NCBI GenBank assembly: GCA_907165135.1
Contig: OU015569.1
Span: forward strand, 372,001 to 436,000
Reading direction: 5' to 3'
DNA length: 64,000 bases
Source of the DNA: Oikopleura dioica
Lineage: Eukaryota > Animalia > Chordata
A model generated the notes under the pieces. The model saw only the letters and a program-made list of their open reading frames with translations, searched no databases and was not told where the DNA came from. The position numbers and the translations under genes were made by a program. Shown piece after piece: positions 24,899 through 35,855 of the stretch (positions are counted from its first letter, which is position 1; each line of letters begins with the position of its first letter).

Positions 24899-27800
24899 TT
24901 AGACAATTTGATAGGGGCAGTGGAAATCAATTCCAGTGAAAAGGATGAAAAGCAGGAGGCAAGCGATGATGAAGTAGAGCCAGGAAACTGTTTGATGCGA
25001 ACATGTACTGTAGTAATTCGAGGAGCTACTGTTCGTGTCTGAAAATTGAATGATGGATCGTTTCTTTTCTTGTTTTTTACCAGGGTTGAGAGTTGCTGCT
25101 GGGATGCTGCTGCTGGCGTCAATGGTTTGTTGATCTCGTGATATTTCTATTTTGGGAAGGGCGAGCTCCTAAAAGTTCACGCGCGCAATAATAAAAAAGG
25201 TCAAAACCTGATCTTGATGATGCAGTTCAAAGAGCGCCAGCGCGTTTTCCACTTCTTTGAGAATCAAGTAGCGATTCGACTTTTCCAGCGACGTCCAGAA
25301 CGAAAGACGCTGGAAGATTTCCTCCATGTTTCGGTCCAGCTCTTTTCGCTCCTCGTAGAAGCCTCTTTTCAAGGAAGTTCGAAAATGAAGAATAATCAAA
25401 ATCGAAAAATGCATCAAAAGAAGGTCTCCCTTGCTTAGTTTTTGCGAGGTAGCATCGCACTTTTGCACCAATTTGTTAGCACTGCTCCTCAGATTCGAGT
25501 TTGAAGAGTTTGAAGGAGCCATCATTACCAAGTTAGGCCGGGAAGGAGCACCATTTGAGCAGTCCAGAAGTAGGTTCGGAAACCTGTGTAGAAACCTGAC
25601 TCAGGGTCCTGAAAAAGCTTCCATAAAAAGCCGCATTGGTGAAGCGGTGCGGTTTCGGCTTTCAAAAAGCCGCTCTTTATGAAAGCTTTTTCAGGACCCT
25701 GAGTCAGGTTCTGGGCTCGGCAACCTGAGTAAAAACCTGAGTCAGGCTCTAAAAAGCTAAAATGAAAAGCCGTCTAGCGGCTTTTAACGAAGCCGCGAAC
25801 GCGGCTTTTCATTTAAGCTTTTCAGAACCTGACTCAGGTTTTTACTCGGGTTGTCGAGCCAACGTCAGGTTTCTACACACAGGTTGCCGAGCCCAGCTCC
25901 AGCTCGATTCGTGTTCTAATGTTACTGCTTTTGCTGTTTCTTTTTTGAAAGGTTGAAAATTGAACTTTGAAAAGAAGCAATTTGAAAAAGTCGAAAGTTC
26001 AAGTCGTTTTTCAACGCGAACCTGTTTTGAGGCAAGGTCGATAAAGCTGCTCGCTGCCGGAGCTGAATAATGTTAATTCGAATAATTTCGAAAATGAAAT
26101 GAGTGAAACAGCGAAAGCCGCAAAACCACGTTTAAATAATCAATAGCGAATTTGGTCGAACGAGTCCTCTTTCAGCACACGCAATTAAATTATCTCTTTA
26201 CGTTCTTTTTTTCTTGGTTTTGATGGAAGCTGGGCTCGGCAACTTGTGTAGAAAACCTGACTCAGGGTCTGAAAGAGCTGAAATGAAAAGCCTTCGCCAA
26301 GATTAAAAAAACTATATGGCCATTTTGCGGCTTCATTTCTATAAAAGCCGCTACGCGGCTTTTCATTCTAGCTTTTCCAGAGCCTGACTCAGGTTTTCTG
26401 CTCAGGTTGCCGAGCCCCGGATGAAAGCGTTTTTCAAACTACTCACCACGGGGCTTGTTTCATTTGTTCCAGAAGGAGGTCTTTTGAAGGGACTAGAATT
26501 TGTTTGAAAAAGTTAGTTTGAGTTTAATTTTTTGATTTGCTATTCAAAATCGTAATTGAAGGCTAAAAATGGGCAAAATTGAGATCCACGGCGCAATTCG
26601 TCAGTTTTTTCTCGATTCTAGAAAAAGTCTCTAGAACAGGTTGAATTTTAAAGTGAAGTTTTAAATCACTTCTGCCTAGGTTTTTATTGAAACAATTCAA
26701 AATCCAAGCTATTAATTGGATCAAAAACGGTTTTGACTTCAATTTTCCGATTTGCTGTTGAAAATTTCTTATAGAAAAATCAAAATTCAAAAAGCGAAAA
26801 ATAAAATTTCTTTCATTAAAACTTTCTAGAGCCACTGAACTTTTGAAACTGTGAATCGGGCTTTGTTCTATTAGAAATTATTTGCATCAAAAATCGGCTT
26901 TGACTTCAATTTTCCCATTCCCTGCTGAAAATTTCTTGTAGAAAAAAATACGATTCACAGTTTTAGAAACTCAATTGTTCTAGAAAATTTTTATGAAAAA
27001 ACCTTTATAATTTTGCTATTTGAATTGTGATTTTTCTCTATAAGAAATTTTCAACAACAAATCGAAAAATTGAATTCAAAACCGTTTTTTGATCCAATTA
27101 ATAGCTTGGATTTTGATTTGTTTCAATAAAAACCTAGGCAGAAGTGGTTTTAAAACTTGAGTTAAAAATCAACCTGTTCTAGAGAGTCATTTTTTGTTTC
27201 TAGAATTGGAAAAATCAAGTCGCTCTGTATTTGATTGAGATTTTGGTTAATTTTTTAATAGTTTCTTCTGATTTTGAGTAATAAAATAAAATCTTAAAGT
27301 CAAACTAGGTTTTTAGAATACTAATAAAATATAAAATAGTCGTAAATTTCTGATAAAAAGCCAGAAAATTCATTTTTCCGATGTTGTGTTAGGTCTAGTT
27401 AAGCTCAAAAATTAAGGGTGTCATTATATTAAAATGCTCCAGATAAATCAAGGGTGAACATTCAGCCCTAAATCAAAGTTGATTAATGTTTCCCACGAGG
27501 GGTCAGTGAGTCCCTGTCCATGCGAAGGCGAAGGATCATTCTCATTTATGGAGTGGCTAATCTCCTCAATAAGCGCGCTCTCGCTGATCAAAGGGCTGCT
27601 CGAGAGAAATGACGAGGTTGAGCTAGAGCGGCTGGAGAGCGAGCTGCTTTCCAACGAGTCTCGCTCGTACAAATCACTGCTCGCCTGGGCGGAAGAAAAA
27701 TGGACATCGCACAAGGAAGAAGTTGGTTCTTCCTCTTCTTCTGGACTGCGCGGGCGAGACTTGGAAGCTGGGCTCGGCAACCTGTGTAGAAAACCTGAGT

Positions 27801-28850
27801 CAGGGTCTGAAAGAACTAAAATGAAAAGACGCGCAGCGGCTTTTTAAAACGTAGCCGCGAAGCGGCTTTGCCAGAATTACCATATTATCTAGTAATATTA
27901 TATAATATATAGAATATCATATACTGTATATGATACAATATATTATATTTAATATATAATATGGACCATATTATATGGTCCATATGGTAATTCTAGAAAA
28001 GCCGCTTCGCGGCTAAGTTTAAAAAGCCGCTGCGCGGCTTTTTACTTCAGCCCTTTCAGACCCTGACTCAGGTTTTCTACTCAGATTGCCGAGCCCAGCT
28101 TTGAAGAAGAAGTCGAAAAATCTGAAGAGCTGGAAATGTCGGACGTTGACGGAGTTGGAAGACCAACTGTGAAGGGCAGCGGCGATCTCTGTGCTTTATT
28201 GCGCTCAAGCGAGTCTAGCAAAGCTTCTAGCGTTCCCAGCTTGGCAGTCAACTCATCTTCAAATTAAAAATTCATCTTTTCGTTGATCAAAAAGGACTAC
28301 CTAGAATGTTTTCTTTTGTTTCGACCATTTTAAGTTTCTCTTTTCGTTTTAAAAGTAGCCAAGGTCAAAGTCTTCCTTTCGATTCGTCGCCAGCGCTTGC
28401 GATAAGACATTATTGGCCGCTCATCCCTTTTTTTCACACGTTTTTTCTTGAGAAGCGTTCTCGCCACTCCTCATTTCCGCAACGAATTAATTACTTTATT
28501 ATCGAATCAACGACTCTTTTTCAAGTTCGACTGGGCTTGGCAACCTGTGTAGAAAACCTGAGTCAGGGTCTGAAAGCGGCTTTTCATTTCAGCTTTTTCA
28601 GACCCTGACTCAGGTTTTCTAAACAGGTTGCCGAGCCCAGAAGTTCGATATTCATTCTTTCTTTTTATTTAATTTTTTATTCTAAATAAGAAAATTCAGT
28701 ATACAGAAAGTTTTGAAGAAACTGACGGGGCTACGATGCAAGAGGTTCTGATCTTTTTCATGGTTTATTTTCGGATTTTTCGACATAGTCCTTGAAGTCG
28801 AAAATTTGCGTCTTCTCCCCGGAGCATCTTTTGAATTGGATTGTTGAAGC
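24899..28850 (-). CDS. Hypothetical Ser-rich/coiled-coil, tail-anchored membrane protein (several exons)
   Basis: Phase-compatible exons lie near 28700-28850, 28100-28255, 27450-27767, 25200-25530, 25085-25170 and 24899-25040. The last encodes TM VSWLYFIIACLLLFILFTG plus IDFHCPYQIV*. Confidence 0.45.
26230..26419. mobile_element. Family A MITE, TSD GATG(G/A)AAG
   Basis: 7/8 TSD match. Confidence 0.8.
27768..28098. mobile_element. Family A MITE with AT-rich palindromic core, TSD CTT(G/T)GAAG, inside a probable exon
   Basis: 7/8 TSD match; flanking ORFs are in frame when the element and one TSD are removed. Confidence 0.85.
28531..28640. mobile_element. Family A MITE, TSD AAGTTCGA
   Basis: Perfect 8-bp TSD. 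Confidence 0.88.
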
Positions 28851-28969
28851 TAAATTTGTGTTGAAAATTAAGGGTGTAGGCTTCGATATGTTAGATTTTT
28901 CGGCTTCGTTTTTGTCTTGAGTTAATGTAGTGACACCCTTATTTTTACCGACCAGAAGGCGGCTTAAAC

Positions 28970-31540
28970 CTTCATCTTTCTAACCCGAAACCCATCCTAG
29001 CCATGTCTACCCCCTTAAAACAGCTCAAGAACGTTCTCATTCTTACTCGCTGGATCATGTTCTAGACATCCGCTCGGTTCCAGCCTGCTCCTGAAAAGTC
29101 CATCCTGCCCTAAATCCCAAATTTGAGCATCTTCCGGGCTCTTGTTGTATCTGTAGACCCCGGTGCAGCTGTTACAGCGGTTTTAATCCATCTTCTTCAA
29201 TACAGGGGGAGTAAAAATAAAAGAGAGACTGCCCTAAATAATTAAATAATTGTGATTAAAGACGCTTCCTTTTGAAATGGACGCCGTTTCCAGCCGCACC
29301 AAGTGGCGAGGCAGTTACGCACAGCTCTTTGCCATGTGCGAGCACGCGGATTTCTAAAAATACTTTCTGAGAAAACCTGACTCAGGGTCTGAAGAGGTTA
29401 AATGAAAATCACCGTGGCGGCTTTTCATCTAAGCTCCTGAGTCAGGTTCCTGAGTCAGGCTCCGGAGTCAGGTTCCTGAGTCAGGCTTCTGAGTCAGGTT
29501 CCTGAGTCAGGTTCCTTAGTCAGGCTCCTGAGTCAGGTTTTCTACACAGGTTGCCGAGCATACCCTTGAGTCTGGTGAACATGACCAGCTGATTGCCGCC
29601 AACTTCAAAGTGGCAAGGGTAGGTGCCGACGTCGCATTGCTGCGGCAGTGGATAAGGAAGGTTCCCGACGTCCAGGCAATGCCCGTTGGCGTTGGCTAGG
29701 AAGCCAGTGCGCGTGTCCTTTTTCGGGAAAAAGTAATCAATCGTCGTGGCGACGTTGTCCATGTACCACTGAAATGATTTGCACTGTAGTTTTTCCTTCA
29801 AGAGAACTCGTTCAGTCAGATCGCCTTCTTCTCCCCAAGCTCCTCCAGTTCGCCCGTAGTAAATTTCCTTGTAGTCGTCCAGCCAAACATCAACTAGTCG
29901 TCGCATGTTCAGATTGTATCCCTTCATAAGAAAGTCATTACTAATGACTCATCTGTACAGTAATATAGCTGCTGAAAATCGAGAAGCCGCTTGCGGCTTC
30001 GAGTCAAAAATTAAGCCGCGCGAAGCGCGGCTTTTGCTTTAAGAACTCGAAACCGCAAGCGACTTCTGGATTTTCAGCAGTAATATTACTGTAATGAAAA
30101 CTCGTACCTGCGCTCCTTCTGGAATCTTGTAAGGCGAGGACATTCTAAAGACATGGCCGACTTGGGAGCAAGGATGAGTTTCAATGCCCCCTCCACATTG
30201 CCAAAGACGAAAGCTCATTTCCAAGTTCTCTCCTCCCCAGCCGTGCATTTCTTCGTCGTAGGAACCACTGTAGTAAAAATACTCCCTGTTGATTGCAAAT
30301 AAGCCGCCTGCCATGGTCGGGCTCGGAATGCACCTCGTGTTGTCGCTGCTTTTCCAGGGACCGTCTCGCGCTAAATTCCAGGCGCTAGAATTTTTGCTAA
30401 AATCAAGATCAATTTTGCCTGTTTCTACCTCTCCCAGGTAAAGGTCATTCCCCAAGTGAAGATGCCGATTTGGACATTTTGCGGTTGAGCCGGTCGTACT
30501 TCGAAATCCGAATCCCGGATGTTCAAAATCACCGGCGTAACTGCTACATTCGGCTTCTCCGCGACGCGTTCAAGCAGCGGCTCGAGCCAGCCAGCCATCG
30601 CCTCGCAGTGGGCGTCAAGGAAGATCAGGACATCGCCCGTTGCAGCGGCTGCTCCAGTCAAGCGCGCGCGGGTTAACCCTTCTCGCTGCTTATGGCGAAT
30701 CAGTTTCACGTAGTTTCGAAAGTGCTTCTTGATGTATTTGTCCAAGTAGTCGCCCATGTCGGGCCGCGCTTCCAAATCCGAGAAATCGTCGATCAAAATG
30801 ATTTCCTTGAGCATCGACTCCGGCGAAGTTTCCAAAACGGACCAGATTGTTCTCAAAAGCGTGCATTTCGCCTCGTTGTGGAAAACAATGACGACGGAAG
30901 CAGTCGGCAGATTTTCGAGGTATTCGGCTTGGATGCACTCAATGCAGCGGGTGTCCCTGATCTGGGCGCGAAAACCTGTGTAGAAAAGACCCTGACTCAG
31001 GGTTCCGAAATGGCTTTAGTGAAAACCTGAGTCAGGGTCTGAAAAGCTACGTGGGTTTCCATTTATGATTTTTCAGACCCTGACTCAGGTTTTGATTAAA
31101 GCCATTTCCGAACCCTGACTCAGGGTCTTTTCTACACAGGTTGCCGAGCCCAGTCCCTGATCGTCCGGTGCAGCGAGATCTTCTCGCAGACGAATTCGTT
31201 GAACGAATGTCTCTTCCAGCCTGCAGCCACTTGTGGAAGCTTCTTTTCTTCTTCCGACAGTTCGACTCCATCTCCACCCTGGCCAGGCTCGGAAGGATTG
31301 ACGTGGGGTCGCTGCATCGCTTTCCGCCGCCGCTGAGTGGGAATTTTGGGCTGATTTAGGTCCACCATCGGATGTAGAAACTTGTGGCCTTGGTAGTCGA
31401 CGATCAACTGCTCGGCCAATGTCGCCGACTATTTTTTCTTTGAAGAAATCGGCGAAGAAAATTACCTCTTTGAAGAGCTTGTCGTTTTTGAGAAAGATCC
31501 AGATCGTCAGCGTCAGTAAAATATGAAAACAAGGATGCAA
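28970..31540 (-). CDS. GALNT: Polypeptide N-acetylgalactosaminyltransferase (GT27 plus ricin lectin domain)
   Basis: [90 protein letters not shown], ricin CLDV..CH..GGNQ and QIW. Start and stop are approximate. Confidence 0.95.
29434..29537 (+). repeat. 8 x 13-bp minisatellite (YTCCTGAGTCAGG) derived from the family A TIR
   Basis: 104 bp equals 8 units; lies in a GALNT intron. Confidence 0.9.
30962..31153. mobile_element. Family A MITE inside GALNT coding sequence, TSD TCCCTGAT
   Basis: Perfect 8-bp TSD; splits the codons of LHRTIR|DTRC. Confidence 0.9.
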
Positions 31541-31580
31541 TATTTCAATTTTTTCAAGCAAAGAAAAACATAAAACTTAA

Positions 31581-33368
31581 GGATATAGCCTGTAAAATTC
31601 AACTTTCGTAGCGGCTAAACGCGAGCTCGGATCTTTCTCATTTCAAAAGCATTCATACCTAAAAATGCACAAAAACTCAATTCTGGTATTTTTTTAATTT
31701 TCACCTAAATTTTTCTCTCTAGAGCGACTTGTAATCTTACGATCGCGATTTCTCAAAATTTTTCCACTAATTCGCTAAAACTAAACCGTGTTCTCTGTTG
31801 TTATGATGCTAAGCTAGAAAATTGAGGGAACAAAATTCTCAAATTCAGTCAAAATTTTATTCTAGCATGCTCCTCTTTCTTACTCCTCCTTTTCTTCCCT
31901 GCGCGCTTTGTCGCGTGCAGCCAATCAAAGCGCTCGCAAAAACACGCACTCTCTCCCGGAAAAGAGGAGGCGAGAGAGCGAGCACCGAGCGCAGCGCTTT
32001 TCATAGCTTCTGCGCGCTGGGTTAGCCTCATGGAAATGGCTGTAAAATCGGTTTCTTTCGGATTTAGAGAAAACTAAACCGTCAATTTTGTAGATGAAGG
32101 TCTAAAGAATCTATCTATCCAAAAACTCGACCGATTTAGTGAAAAATTTTCGAGGAATCGCGATCGTAAGATTTCAAATCGCTCTAGAGAGAAAAATTCG
32201 AGTAAAAATTTTTAAAAAGTACCAAAATTGAATTCTTCGTCCATTTTTAGGTAGGATTGCACTTGAAATGAAGAAGATCCGACCTCGCGTTTAGCCGCTA
32301 CGAAAGTCGAATTTTACAGGCTATATCCTTAAGGAGGTAGATATCAAGAATTAGGATTTTCTGGCAGACTTTTCTCCCAATTCTAACATAGTGACCAATG
32401 ATTATTTTTGTTTTAATAAAGAGTTGAGGCCCTTATCTCGTGCCTATGGAAGGCAGATTTCTAAATTTCCAGAAAAAATCGTACAAAATGGCGTTGAAAA
32501 CTCGGAAGTCGCTAAAAATGACCATTTTCTTGGCAGACTTTTCTCGAACACCTTATATAGGGCGGAATTTATTCTCTTCTGAGAAGTTAGATAAGACCCG
32601 TGTCTAGTTACTATGAAGGCCAGAATTTAAAATTTAAAAAATTTTTTAAGAAAAAATCAATTTTCTGTATTTCACAATTTTCAACGAAAATATAAAATTC
32701 TGAATTTTTATTCAGCAGTATTAAAACCATTCTATAAATGTTCCCAGGGGTTTTTAATAATGTTTTTGGACAAAAACTATGTAATAACTTATTTAATTAC
32801 TAAAAATCGGTCGATCTATTATAAAACGGGCAAATTATCGAGATTTAAGAGCGATTTTGTGAAAAATCACGTGGTCCAATCAAAAATTTTTGCTTACAAA
32901 ATTTCTCCTTGACCTCGAAACTATACGTTAAAAAATTTGAGGCGAAAAAATGGAAAATTTTTTTCTTGATATCTACCACCTTAAGGGGTAGATATCCAGA
33001 ATCGTGTTTTCCGATCAGTGTTTTCGCAAATTTTTAACATAGTGACCCCCTTATTTTTTCTGCTCGAAATTTATTTCAGACAATTATCTATTTCCAATAG
33101 AAGCCAAAAATTCAGATTTCTTGAGCTTTCGAGGTGCTACAATGCAAATCTGACACCTGCGATTGTCGCCAATATGAACATTTTAGGAAAATTAGCGATC
33201 TTTGACGAAAAATTTTCCTAGAAATATTTTTGAAATTCGAAATTTTAGCTTCCATAGGAAATAGACAAGGGTCTAAAGTTTTTCTTTCCAAAGTAAAATA
33301 AGGGTGTCACTATTTTAACTTTTAGAGAAAAGTCTGATAGAAAATCTCGATTCTTGATATCTATCTCC
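31581..33368. mobile_element. Three adjacent non-autonomous TTAA-target elements (Kolobok-like): 31581-32328, 32333-32980, 32985-33368
   Basis: Element 1 has ~200-bp TIRs starting GGATATAG. Elements 2 and 3 have TIR GG(A)GGTAGATATCAAGAA. Junctions are shared TTAA tetramers; termini are RR..YY. Confidence 0.72.
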
Positions 33369-33713
33369 TCAAAAGATAAAAACGAGTTATTGAATCCTTC
33401 ACAACCAGACTCCGCACCATCTCCTCGGAGTCTTCACTCTGTGTATTCTCATTTCCAAGTTCCTCTTTTCCTCAAATCAAACGAAAAAGTCTATTATGAA
33501 ACACGACGTGGCAGAAACGGAAAATCGCAGATCCGGCTCTACCGAAAATCCCGAGAAGTATAAAGCGCACTTCAATACAATGCACCACTATTGATGTTGA
33601 TTTTTCAAAACGGGGAAAAGTCACTTTGAGAATGAAAATTTTTATTGAATCGAACTTTCCACGAAGCTTATGAATTGATGTTTATTTTTTGAATAAAGAA
33701 AGCAGTAGAACTG

Positions 33714-34051
33714 TCAGATTAAAATGTTATTAACTTCTCCAGCTTCGTAGCGCTGTAAAAGTTCCTTTCGCCAGTCTTCGATTTCATCATCATCATTTTT
33801 CTGCCGCTTGGTTTTTCTCTTCGTTGATTTTTCTTCTTCCATTTTGCGTTTTTTCCTCCGCCTTCGTTTGTCGACTTTTTGGGCGAAATTTTCGGCGAAG
33901 TTTGAGTTCCCATGTCGTGGAAGACGACGAGATCTTCTGCTGCAATATTCCACTCGATTTCGAATTCAACGGCGGCGGAACTTTCTTCTTCTTCTTTCTT
34001 GGCCGGGGAGGGCTCGAATTCAACTCGTCTTTTGGCTGATTCTTTTGGCAT
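33714..34051 (-). CDS. Small basic/acidic hypothetical protein
   Basis: MPKESAKRRVEFEPSPAKKEEEE... joins ...KRRRRKKRKMEEEK...DWRKELLQRYEAGEVNNILI* across one frameshift. Upstream exons are possible. Confidence 0.4.
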
Positions 34052-34299
34052 CGTTTTTTCTAATTTTCCGGAGAGAAAAATGATTAAATAGCTGCTGGCA
34101 GATGTTGATTTCCATGTGGAAGTGCAGCTGGTACGAGCTAGCACTCTTTGAAGGAAATCAAAGACTTCCTAATTACTGATGCAATTTTGATAAAAAACAA
34201 TCAAAGATTCAAAGGCGCCCGGTCGGAGATTCAGATTATAGAAACAAATTATCTGGCATTGGTTCTTTGCTGAGCAAGAAAGTGTGTAAAAAATGGGGG

Positions 34300-34630
34300 C
34301 AGAGTTGCAAAGTTTGCTTTATTTTTGCTGAGCCGAGTAAAAATTTCTCTGAGCTGAGCTGAGCTGGCCTTTTTAGGGTAGTTGAGCTGAGCTGAGTTGT
34401 TTTTACTATGTTTTTAATAGTAAAATTGTGTTAAAGTCACTGAGCTGAGCTGAGCTGAGCAAAGTGATAATTTTCTGAGCTGAGCAGAACAGATCATCTT
34501 CGAAATTAATTGAGCTGAGCTCAGCAGATCATATCATTTTCAAAAATCTCTCAGCTCAGTCGCTCGGCTCAGCTCAGCTCAGCTCACTCAGCCAGCTCAG
34601 CTCACTCAGCTCAGCGAATTCGCAACTCTG
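34300..34630. mobile_element. hAT-like MITE family G (TIR CAGAGTTGC) with (GAGCT)n subterminal arrays
   Basis: CAGAGTTGC...GCAACTCTG ends; GAGCT pentamers on the left switch to AGCTC on the right. Confidence 0.8.
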
Positions 34631-34829
34631 GCTTGGGGGACTATTGTCTGACCACGCCGAGTATATTTTGAATTAGTTTCAGGTAACTTTTGTAAATCCC
34701 AGTTCGTCGAGTTGACTCTTGAGTCCAGAACAAGCGTAATCGTCCTTCTCCTTTTTTAATTAGTTGTGACCTCTACTGGTTTCCCCGCGTCTCAAATAAT
34801 CCTCGTTTTCGCCATTTCGACTTTTCTTT

Positions 34830-35640
34830 TCAAAAAAACACTCGAGAAACAGAAAAAAGAGGGATGAGAATGAAGGAACGGCACGAAGAAGCGTCGCAAA
34901 GCGCTTTGGAAGGAATTCTCAAGCAGCTCAAAGATTAGGGTTTCAGAAAAAAGCGAAAAAAGAGAAAGAAAATGGCAATAAAGTGGAAAAAGTCGAAAAC
35001 CCGAGCTTAGATGCATTTTCCCTGGCGATGATTTCCGTCAGTTTGACAATCACCATCATCATTGGAATCATCATCGGTAGCGACCGATTTTTCTTCTTGC
35101 TTTTTTCTTTACTTTTTTTAATAGCATGGCGCTACTTTCAAGCAGAGTTGCAAATTTGGTCTTTTTTGCTGAGCTGAGCTGATTCTGATTGAAATTTTTC
35201 TGAGCTGAGCTGAGTAATAATTTCGATTATTGAGCTGAGCTGAGCTGGATTTTTTAAGAAATCATTGAGCTTAGCTGAGCTGAGCAGACCTTTTTTGAAG
35301 GCTGCTGAGCTGAGCTGAACTGAGCGGACACAATTTTGAGCTGAGCTGAGCTGGTTCTCTTAGAAAGTCATTGAATTGAGCTGAGCAGGCCATTTTAGAA
35401 ATCATTGAGCTGAGCTGAGCTGAGCAGCGCAGATTCTCCAATGAAAATTCCTGAGTTGAGCTGAGCTGAGAGACTGCTCAGCTCACTCAGCTCACTAAAT
35501 TTGCAATTCTGCTTTGAAGACAAACACCTAGAGGAAGGAAACTACTTGAAAGACACCTTCCTGGCGCATTTTGAAGCCAACGAAAAACTGCTAAATCGAG
35601 CCGGCCGTCGTCAATCTGAAGCTAGAGCTTTTTCAATCGC
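34830..35640 (+). CDS. Possible membrane protein interrupted by a GAGCT-repeat MITE
   Basis: Frame ...SLAMISVSLTITIIIGIIIG..FFFLLFSLLFLIAWRYF(Q/E)DKHLEEGNYLKDTFLAHFEANEKLLNRAG is continuous once the element and one TSD are removed. Confidence 0.35.
35143..35511. mobile_element. hAT-like MITE family G, TSD CTTT(C/G)AAG
   Basis: TIR CAGAGTTGCAAATTT / AAATTTGCAATTCTG; 7/8 TSD match. Confidence 0.85.
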
Positions 35641-35855
35641 ATATATTTTATTTATTATTTAATTATTATTATTTTTTCTATTAAAAATGCAAAGAAAAAC
35701 TCTGCTAAAAGCTGCTTCAAAAGCGAAAAATGTATTTACTGCGTCGCGAAATCAAGAGCTGAATTTTAAACGAGCAATGTCAGTTTGAAAATTGAAGAAA
35801 AAGAAAGAACGAAAAACTTGAATTGAAAGTATTGAATTTATTATTTTTTGAAAGT

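Noticed and set aside
29434-29537. CRISPR-like array (also 36408-36592 and the GAGCT arrays)
   Set aside because: There are no unique spacers and no cas genes, and the context is eukaryotic; these are minisatellites from MITE termini.
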